DNA from: Patescibacteria group bacterium
GTDB taxonomy: Bacteria > Patescibacteriota > Patescibacteriia > UBA2591 > CALHIP01
DNA: 64,000 nt
Direction: 5' to 3'
Assembly (NCBI GenBank): GCA_026417895.1
Contig: JAOACJ010000016.1
Location: 20,015 to 84,014, forward strand
Positions 57,217 to 64,000 of the stretch are shown here, piece after piece (position 1 is the first letter of the stretch; every line of letters starts with the position of its first letter). The translations under genes were made by a program, and so were the position numbers. The notes under the pieces are model-generated. The model was given only the letters and a program-made list of their open reading frames with translations. It made no database searches and was not told where the DNA came from.

Positions 57217-57612
57217 ATGAAAAAAGGAAATTTCTTTTGCCCTTCCTTTATTTTTCTTTTTCTCTTATTTCTTTTCCTTTCATTTCAATTTTCTCTTGCC
57301 CAAGTTGACCCTCAAGTTTTGGAGGGTGAAAATTATTTAGATGAATTAGGCCAAGGAACAGATGTTTTAGAAAAAAGAGATTTAATTCTCCTTATTTTCT
57401 CGATTGTGCGCTATCTACTTGGTCTGATTGGTGTCGCGGCTGTCATAGTTATTATTTCGGCTGGTTATTCTTGGATGACAGCGGCTGGTAACGAGGAAAA
57501 AGTGAAAAAAGCCAAAGCTGTTTTACAAAATGGTATCATTGGTTTGGTCGTTATTATGATTGCCTATGCCTTGACGATTTTTGTTTTTAAACTCATTCGC
57601 GGCGAATTATAA
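57217..57612 (+). CDS. VirB2/TrbC-like pilin-family protein (paralog 4)
   Basis: Signal peptide …FSLAQVDPQ; core IVRYLLGLIGVAAVIVIISAGYSWMTAAGNEEKVKKAKAVLQNGIIGLVVIMIAYALT; 131 aa. Confidence 0.6.
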   Translation: MKKGNFFCPSFIFLFLLFLFLSFQFSLAQVDPQVLEGENYLDELGQGTDVLEKRDLILLIFSIVRYLLGLIGVAAVIVIISAGYSWMTAAGNEEKVKKAKAVLQNGIIGLVVIMIAYALTIFVFKLIRGEL

Positions 57613-57616
57613 TTTT

Positions 57617-58063
57617 ATGAAAATAAAGAAACAAAAAAAAGAGAGAATGTTTAAAAAAATTTTTTGCTGGTTAATTTTTTTATTTTTACTTTTTTCAGCT
57701 ATCAAACCAGCTTTAAGTCAAGTCAGACCCGAAACTTTAAATCTTTTAGAGAATGTAGCTGGTCAGGCTGGTTATAAAGCGCCCCAAGATCCAGTCAGAA
57801 TAGTTATTCGAGTCATTAATTTTCTTCTTAATTTAGTCGGTGTCTTTTTTATTTTAATGATTATTTACGGCGGTTTAATGTGGATGACCGGTGGAGCAAC
57901 TGATTTTTTGTGGTTGGGCGGTGCAGGGCAAGAAGAAAAGATAAAAAAGGCCAGAACACTTATTCGAGATGCCATTATTGGCCTAGCCATTATTATTTTA
58001 TCTAAGGTTATTTATTATTTTATTGTAGAAAGATTTAAAGAGGCGGGAGAAGAAGTGGAATGA
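57617..58063 (+). CDS. VirB2/TrbC-like pilin-family protein (paralog 5, divergent loop)
   Basis: Start moved to the Met at 57617 (MKIKKQKKERMF…) to avoid a 32-nt overlap. Signal peptide …KPALSQVRPE; core VINFLLNLVGVFFILMIIYGGLMWMTGGATDFLWLGGAGQEEKIKKARTLIRDAIIGLAIIIL. Confidence 0.55.
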   Translation: MKIKKQKKERMFKKIFCWLIFLFLLFSAIKPALSQVRPETLNLLENVAGQAGYKAPQDPVRIVIRVINFLLNLVGVFFILMIIYGGLMWMTGGATDFLWLGGAGQEEKIKKARTLIRDAIIGLAIIILSKVIYYFIVERFKEAGEEVE

Positions 58064-58410
58064 GAATTGATAAAGTTTTATTTGACTAAATAATATTAAC
58101 AAAGACAGAGACGAGAGGGATATAAAATCCGGGTTGTTGTGAGATTGTTGGCTGAGTCGGTTGTGGTTCTGTTTGGTGTTGAGATTCTTCGATTTTTTAC
58201 CTTTCATTTCTACCTCCTGGACATTTTAGAAAAACGTCCATTAAGTTTCTGGCTACCGGAGGGATTTGTACCTTCCAAAAAACTGCCCTATTAGGTAGCT
58301 AATTTTTATTTTTCTATTAAAATTCTAGCAAATTTTCAAAATTTTGTCAAAAGCAAATTTCCACTTATTTAAGCGGAAATTTTATGTTTAATGATATAGA
58401 AACTTTAAAA

Positions 58411-59136
58411 TTAAAAATTTTTAAGTCTTTGTTTTAGTTCAATCATTCCCTGGATATCTTCCCAAGCCGTGGCTAAGACTTTGACGGTGCTTTTTCTCTG
58501 AACTGTTCTTCTTTCCATCCATTCAACAGGAATTTCTTTGATTTTAAAACCTGATTTTTCAGCCAAAATTAACAATTCGCTATCAAAAAACCAGTTATTA
58601 TTTTTTATTTTTGGCAGAATTTCTTGACTAACTTTTTGAGAGATAGCCTTAAAACCGCACTGAGCGTCTTGAAAGCTTGGCTGGAAGAAAATTTTCAATA
58701 GTAAATTATAAATCCGACTCATTAATTCTCTTTGAAAAGATCTTTGAGTTTGACTTTCTTTTTTTAATCGTGAGCCGATGGCTAAGTCGTAATTTTCCTC
58801 AGCAATGGCCTTGATTAATAAAGGAAAGTATTTTAAATCAGTGGCTAAATCAATGTCCATATAAGTATAAATGTCCGCTGAATATTCTGACCAAGCCTTT
58901 TTTAAAGCATAGCCTCTCCCCTTTTCAAGAATATGAAAAAATGAAATTTCTTTATATTTTTTTGATAATTTTTCAGCAATTTCTGACGTCGCATCACTTG
59001 AACCATTATCAGCAATTAAAATTTGCCAATTAAAATTTTTGAGATTTTTTTGACAGAAATCAAAAACTTTCAAAGTATTTTCTTTAACAACCCTTTCTTC
59101 GTTGTAAGTTGGCAAGACAAGAAGAATTTTTTTCAT
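58411..59136 (-). CDS. GT2-family polyprenol-phosphate glycosyltransferase (DPM1/GtrB-like)
   Basis: KILLVLPTYNEERVV…IADNGSSDATSEIA and the DxD region MDIDLATD; 241 aa. Confidence 0.8.
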   Translation of the reverse strand: MKKILLVLPTYNEERVVKENTLKVFDFCQKNLKNFNWQILIADNGSSDATSEIAEKLSKKYKEISFFHILEKGRGYALKKAWSEYSADIYTYMDIDLATDLKYFPLLIKAIAEENYDLAIGSRLKKESQTQRSFQRELMSRIYNLLLKIFFQPSFQDAQCGFKAISQKVSQEILPKIKNNNWFFDSELLILAEKSGFKIKEIPVEWMERRTVQRKSTVKVLATAWEDIQGMIELKQRLKNF

Positions 59137-60334
59137 AAAGAAAATAAATTAAAAAATAGAAAAAAACAGCTAAATGAATTAAGGAAATGAGAATGGAAAA
59201 TTCACCAGCCAAATTTCTAATTTTATTTTGCCAATCTAAATTTAAAAAAGTCAAGGGTAAAGAATAGATGAGATTTAGGAAAGCGGTTAAAGAAACGATC
59301 AAAAAAATTCTTTTTAATTCTTTTCGAAAAGGTAAAATTAGACAAAAAATAGTAAAGAAGGGAAAAATATATCTTTCATGCATAGCGGTAGGGAGAAAAT
59401 AAAAAATGAAGGCGATAAAAAGATTGCCAAAAAGAAAACAATTAAATTCACCTTTATTTTTTCTTAACCATAGAAGAACCAAAAAATAACTTAAACCAAA
59501 AAGAATGAAACCAATACAACCATAGCTAAAAGGACCAACAAAGACCGTATCATCTTTAATAAAATTTCTACCTAAACCAATCATTACCTGAGGAATCCAC
59601 CAAAGATTAAAAGCATTCATTGAAAGGGCCGGGCTCATTCTGGCCGAGGCTAACCAAGTTTTTTCAAAAAGCGAAATTAAAGAAAGGCCGTTGATCAAAA
59701 GAGGAGAAACAAGGACAAAAAACAAACTCACTGCTACTAGTAGAGAAAAAGATAAAATTTTTAGACCATAATTTTGCCAAATAAAAAAAAGAAAAAGAGG
59801 AAAAAAGATGACAGCTTGAAGTTTGGTTAAAAAAGAAATGGTCAAAAAAATAAGAGAGAGAAGTGGTTGTTTTTTATCTAAAAAAATTAAAGCAATGATC
59901 AAAAATAAAACAAAAAGAGAGTCCCACTGCCCCCAAATTGATGAATTATAAAGAATAAAAGGATGTAAAAAATAAATGAAACCAAACCAGAAAGCTTTTT
60001 CTTGGCCAACTTTTCTTTTTAAAAAATAAAAAATCAAATAAGCAGTCCAAAAATCAGCCAAAACCGCTGGGATTTTAAGGGTCCAAGCGGTCAAAGACGA
60101 ACGAAAGATTAAGTAAAAGAAAAGAGTAAAAAAACCCAACCAATAAACCCAAAGCGGTGGTAAATTTGGTGATTGGGGGTTTTGATAGAGAGAAAATGGT
60201 CCGTATTTTAAGACATTTTCACTCCATTTTTGATGCACTCTTAAATCCCAACTAATACCTGGTAAAAAAATTAAAACAAAGCGGAACAAAATAACTAAGA
60301 CAATCAGAAGCCAAAAAATTTTTTTATTTTCCAT
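59084..60334 (-). CDS. polytopic GT-C-type membrane glycosyltransferase-like protein
   Basis: 416 aa, about 11 hydrophobic helices. Paired with the GT2 genes as in GtrB/GtrC or ArnC/ArnT systems. Confidence 0.5.
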   Translation of the reverse strand: MENKKIFWLLIVLVILFRFVLIFLPGISWDLRVHQKWSENVLKYGPFSLYQNPQSPNLPPLWVYWLGFFTLFFYLIFRSSLTAWTLKIPAVLADFWTAYLIFYFLKRKVGQEKAFWFGFIYFLHPFILYNSSIWGQWDSLFVLFLIIALIFLDKKQPLLSLIFLTISFLTKLQAVIFFPLFLFFIWQNYGLKILSFSLLVAVSLFFVLVSPLLINGLSLISLFEKTWLASARMSPALSMNAFNLWWIPQVMIGLGRNFIKDDTVFVGPFSYGCIGFILFGLSYFLVLLWLRKNKGEFNCFLFGNLFIAFIFYFLPTAMHERYIFPFFTIFCLILPFRKELKRIFLIVSLTAFLNLIYSLPLTFLNLDWQNKIRNLAGEFSILISLIHLAVFFYFLIYFLYEKNSSCLANLQRRKGC

Positions 60335-60999
60335 AAAAAGAGTTTTAAGAGATGAAGGATAAATTTGCCAATTACTAACCAGCTTAATTTACTTGCACCC
60401 TTTTTTCGATCGATGAAAAGATAGGGTATTTCTCTAAAATTTTTGTATTTTCCTTTGACAAAAATTTCTAAACCAATTTTATAACCAAGCGGTGAAAATT
60501 CCATACCTTCAACAACTTCTTTTCTAAAAAAGAAAAAACCAGAAAGAGGATCAGAAATTTTAGGTACTAAAATTTTAGCCAAGAAAGTGGCTAGGCCAGA
60601 AAAAACCTTTCTTTTTAAAGGCCAATTTTTAATTCTACTCCCCTTGACTCTTCGACTGGCTATCACTAAGTCAACCTCCTTTAATGCTTCTATCATTGGT
60701 AGAATTAATTCTGGTGGATGCGAAAGGTCGGCATCCATGACACCCCAAATTTTACCCTGGGCGTTTTTAAAACCCTCAAGAACAGCCAAAGAAAGATCTC
60801 TTTGTCCCTTTCTTCTAATTAATTTTATTTCTAAAGGATAATTCTTTTTTACCACCTCTACTTTGTCAGCTGTGCCATCAGGCGAATTGTCATCGACAAT
60901 AATTACTTCTAGATTTTTGATTTTTAATTCAGAAAGAGTAGAAAATAATTTCTCAATATTTTCTCTCTCATTATAAGTAGGGATGATTAAAGAAATCAT
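60304..60999 (-). CDS. GT2-family polyprenol-phosphate glycosyltransferase (DPM1-like)
   Basis: MISLIIPTYNERENI…EVIIVDDNSPDGTADKV…GVMDADLSHPPE. Start placed at the internal Met (the ORF track gives 61086). Confidence 0.8.
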   Translation of the reverse strand: MISLIIPTYNERENIEKLFSTLSELKIKNLEVIIVDDNSPDGTADKVEVVKKNYPLEIKLIRRKGQRDLSLAVLEGFKNAQGKIWGVMDADLSHPPELILPMIEALKEVDLVIASRRVKGSRIKNWPLKRKVFSGLATFLAKILVPKISDPLSGFFFFRKEVVEGMEFSPLGYKIGLEIFVKGKYKNFREIPYLFIDRKKGASKLSWLVIGKFILHLLKLFLWKIKKFFGF

Positions 61000-62254
61000 A
61001 TTGATGATTGTTTTTGTTTTTAGTTGAATTTTGATAGAAAAGATAGAAGAATAAGTAAAGAAAGCAAAAAATATTAATAAAGACAAAAACCCAAGAGGAA
61101 AAATTAGAGAGATTAAAGAGATAAAAGGATTGCCGGAAAGGCGCGATAGCAGCTAAGTTAGCAAAAAAGGACAGAGAAAGCAAAAGATAAATTAAAAACA
61201 AATTTTTATCTTTATTTAAAGTCAAAATCATTAAAGGAAAAAGAGGATAGAGATATCGTTCGTGCATTCTGGTTAATAACATAAAGAAAGAGAAGGTTAA
61301 AAAAGCGCTTGTTAAATAAATTATTTTTGGCGAAGAGTTTTTTAATAGATTTTTGACAGCCCAAAAATAAGTAGTAAAGAAAAAAATAAAGCCAACTAAA
61401 AAATAAGGAAACAAACCTAAAAATTTTGCTAGATCAGAAGTAAGATATGGATAATAAAGCCACCAGAAATTAAAAGCATAGACTGAAAGATAAGAATATT
61501 GACCAGCAAGAAGAAAAGGAATTTTAATCACAGAGAAAATTTTGCCTGATAAGATAAAAGGTAAACAAATAATCAAGGCGGTGAGGATAGCTAGGCCGAT
61601 ATTTTTAAAAAGATGAAGAAAACCTTTCTTTTGCCAGTTAAGACAAAAAATTAAAGGAAAGAAGATAATACTCTGCATTTTAAAAAGAAAAGCAATGGTT
61701 AAAAAAATCCAAGAAAAAGAAAATTTATTTTTGGTGACAAAAAATAAGGCAAGTAAGATAAAAAAAGTATGGATTGAATCAACCTGGCCCCAATAAGCGG
61801 AGTCATAAATTAAGCCTGGATTGAAAAGGTAAAGAGCGAGAATGAAAAAGGCCAGCCAAAATTTTAGTTGAAATTGTTTTCGGAGTAGAAAAAAAATAAA
61901 AAGGCCAGTTAATAAATCAAAAACAATGGCTGGTAATTTGAGAAGAAAATAAAGCGGATAGGTATTTAATTCAAAATTCGGTGAAAAAAACTTTTGATAG
62001 ATTTTTCCGATAAGAGCCAAAACATAAAGATAGGGCGGAAAATAATTAGGCAACATTACTTCTGGATTGACTCGTTGTTCATAAGCATTAAGTACACCAA
62101 ATTTCGTGATTGATTTCGCCCATTCCTGCCAAAAATTTAAATCTGGCCGATAACCAGCATAGGGAATAAGCCAAAAACGAATCAAAAAGGCAAGAATGAA
62201 AAGAGAACAAAGAAATAAAAAACATATTTTTTTATTGGTAAAAAAAATCTTCAT
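60971..62254 (-). CDS. polytopic GT-C-type membrane glycosyltransferase-like protein
   Basis: 427 aa, many hydrophobic helices, DUF2029/GT-C-like organisation. Confidence 0.5.
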   Translation of the reverse strand: MKIFFTNKKICFLFLCSLFILAFLIRFWLIPYAGYRPDLNFWQEWAKSITKFGVLNAYEQRVNPEVMLPNYFPPYLYVLALIGKIYQKFFSPNFELNTYPLYFLLKLPAIVFDLLTGLFIFFLLRKQFQLKFWLAFFILALYLFNPGLIYDSAYWGQVDSIHTFFILLALFFVTKNKFSFSWIFLTIAFLFKMQSIIFFPLIFCLNWQKKGFLHLFKNIGLAILTALIICLPFILSGKIFSVIKIPFLLAGQYSYLSVYAFNFWWLYYPYLTSDLAKFLGLFPYFLVGFIFFFTTYFWAVKNLLKNSSPKIIYLTSAFLTFSFFMLLTRMHERYLYPLFPLMILTLNKDKNLFLIYLLLSLSFFANLAAIAPFRQSFYLFNLSNFSSWVFVFINIFCFLYLFFYLFYQNSTKNKNNHQYDFFNHPYL

Positions 62255-62257
62255 CTT

Positions 62258-63778
62258 TTAATCATTAGTAATAATTCTAAAAACTGAACCATCTAAATTA
62301 TAAAACATTTTTTTCTCTTTGATATGTGGAATTTCCTCGGCTCGGGCGACATATAAGTAATTTTTATGAGGGTCATAACATTGATTAATATCACAGAATT
62401 CATATTTATCAAAAGAAACTACTTCTTGCCAATTATCTGGCCGATAGACTCTTTTCACTTCAATTGATTGAAATTTTTTAGGATCGTATTTAAGATAAAA
62501 TAGAAAATAGATATAAGGTTGATTAGCTTTATTAGTAAAAACTATTTTTGTATATTTATCTTGATTTTCTTTAATATAATTAATAACCTCTTTAAAACCA
62601 AATTGGTAAAGCGTTCTTTCATAATTATATGGATAGCCAATTTTAAAAAGAAAATCAGCGTTTAGTATTAATGATAGAAACAAAATAGATGATAAAGAAA
62701 ATATTATTTTTCGAGGATTAATTTGCAACCTTTCTTTCAATAAAAAATAAATTTTATAACACCCATATGCGGCAATAATTTCTAAAAATGGTAACATTGG
62801 AACAGATCTTAAACTGCCGGGGTTAGGAAATGTTAAGGCCGCAGGTAATAGAGAAATAATCAAAATCCAAAATAATAATCGATGCTTTGCCAACCCCCTT
62901 TTTTGCCATAAGAAATAAATACCCATCAATGCAGCTATTAAAATTGGTAGCAAATAATGAGTAAAAAGGAATTTTGGACTTAAATAAACCAAATAATTTA
63001 TAAAAAATAAAATTGGCCAAAAAGAAAAATTAAAAACTGAAACCTGATAAAAACGACCTTGGATTTTTTGCCAGTTAGTTAATTGGGTATACAAAAAGGG
63101 TGAAGCAATAGCCAAAAAAACAAAAATGGATAAAATAATATATTTTTTCCATTGCCAAACCCTTTTCCTATAAATTATTAAAGACCCTATTAATAAAAGA
63201 GGATTATAGACTTTTGTTATTGCATACGTATAGAAATTTAAAGCCAGAGGAACAGCGCTTAAAACAATGAACTTCGGTTTTTTTAAACCCTTTAAAAAAA
63301 ATAGGATAGTTAAAGAAATAAAAAATGGAACAGTAATTGCTTCAAAACTTGCTCGACTTAAAAAAATATGCCAAGGAGAAATAGTCAAAAAGAAAGTAGC
63401 TAACAAGGCAATAGATCTTTTTTTAAATAGTTCTTTAGTTAAAAAATAAGTTAATAAAACAGTTAAAAATCCGAAAATTACTGACGGAAGTCTGGTCGAA
63501 AATTCATTTAAACCAAGGAAGGCAATGAATGGAATAGTAATATAAGGGTAAAAAATATGATTTCTTACATCAACCCGATCACTAAAAGCTTCAAAATATA
63601 ATGGTAAAAAATTTCCTCGATGGTCGCGTCCTGTTTTTAAAAGTGAATAGGCTTCATAACCGTTAAGCACCTCGTCTTGGTTAAAAGTTATAGGAAAGAT
63701 ATTGAGACAAATAATTCGTAAAAGAAGGGCAGCTATAAAAATTAAAAGAAGAAAAAGTTTCTCAAAATTTCTTTTCAT
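62258..63778 (-). CDS. GT-C membrane glycosyltransferase, PMT/ArnT-like (GT39/GT83-like)
   Basis: N-terminal loop DEVLNGYEAYSLLKTGRDHRGNFLPLYFEAF carries the Asp-Glu motif characteristic of the PMT/ArnT family, followed by many TM helices; 506 aa. Confidence 0.6.
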   Translation of the reverse strand: MKRNFEKLFLLLIFIAALLLRIICLNIFPITFNQDEVLNGYEAYSLLKTGRDHRGNFLPLYFEAFSDRVDVRNHIFYPYITIPFIAFLGLNEFSTRLPSVIFGFLTVLLTYFLTKELFKKRSIALLATFFLTISPWHIFLSRASFEAITVPFFISLTILFFLKGLKKPKFIVLSAVPLALNFYTYAITKVYNPLLLIGSLIIYRKRVWQWKKYIILSIFVFLAIASPFLYTQLTNWQKIQGRFYQVSVFNFSFWPILFFINYLVYLSPKFLFTHYLLPILIAALMGIYFLWQKRGLAKHRLLFWILIISLLPAALTFPNPGSLRSVPMLPFLEIIAAYGCYKIYFLLKERLQINPRKIIFSLSSILFLSLILNADFLFKIGYPYNYERTLYQFGFKEVINYIKENQDKYTKIVFTNKANQPYIYFLFYLKYDPKKFQSIEVKRVYRPDNWQEVVSFDKYEFCDINQCYDPHKNYLYVARAEEIPHIKEKKMFYNLDGSVFRIITND

Positions 63779-64000
63779 AAAGGCTTTTGTTGTAGGATGG
63801 GGATATTTTTCTTGACATTAAGGTCAAATAATAAAATATTGGGTATAAGTTCAGTAAAAGAATAATTCAGAAATAAATCATTTTTTAATTCTTTTTCTAC
63901 AATATTTTGGTTAAAATTAAGAAACAAAAAGTACTTTCTTTTTTTATCTTTTTCCAAAATTTCTAAAAAACTTGACCTTTTATCAATTTGCCAATAAAAC

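Noticed and set aside
60971-61086. 116-nt overlap between the GT2 gene and the upstream GT-C gene, taken as evidence of a frameshift or pseudogene
   Set aside because: It is resolved by using the internal Met (MISLIIPTYNE…) as the GT2 start, which gives a typical short operon overlap. No frameshift is needed.
1-64000. Alternative genetic code (UGA recoding as in Gracilibacteria or Absconditabacteria)
   Set aside because: Long conserved genes (pnp, leuS, gyrA, ftsH, giant ORF) are uninterrupted under the standard code, so there is no evidence for stop-codon reassignment.
1-64000. CRISPR arrays, transposases, integrases, phage genes
   Set aside because: No regularly spaced direct repeats, no DDE or tyrosine-recombinase motifs and no phage structural genes were recognised. 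The T4SS-like cluster shows no relaxase or integrase, so it is not called a mobile element.

Overview
This is a 64-kb, AT-rich contig from a reduced-genome bacterium. It looks like Candidate Phyla Radiation / Patescibacteria with Gram-positive-type housekeeping genes: rny-ymdB-recA, rpsO-pnp, yidD-rpmH-rnpA, clpP, ftsH, gyrA, dnaN, leuS, yidC. The standard genetic code is used; long housekeeping ORFs are intact. Two accessory themes dominate. (1) From 1 to 23021 there is a long co-directional minus-strand operon encoding a type IV secretion / conjugation-like apparatus of the Gram-positive/CPR kind: a PrgI/VirB3-like membrane protein, a VirB4 ATPase split over two ORFs, a 1113-aa VirB6/TrbL-like polytopic protein and a VirB2/TrbC-like pilin-family gene running off the window edge. 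A 3171-aa secreted cysteine-rich giant protein with three CBM_4_9-like carbohydrate-binding modules sits immediately upstream in the same operon. No coupling ATPase (VirD4) or relaxase is visible. (2) At 55431-58063 there is a tandem array of five further VirB2/TrbC-like pilin paralogs; the first is fused to a peptidoglycan-binding domain. Downstream of it lies a convergent cell-envelope glycosylation cluster of two DPM1-like GT2 enzymes plus three GT-C membrane glycosyltransferases. Other points of note: a winged-helix regulator flanked on both sides by a 40-nt imperfect palindrome, one copy sitting just upstream of ksgA and the T4SS operon; three in-frame microsatellite insertions inside leuS; and a ClpC-like AAA+ protein with an N-terminal zinc ribbon, transmembrane segments and a degenerate D1 Walker B. 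Also present: a tRNA-Arg(TCT), an rpmH gene missing from the ORF track, and several consensus sigma70-like promoters and hairpin terminators. No CRISPR array, transposase or integrase was seen.
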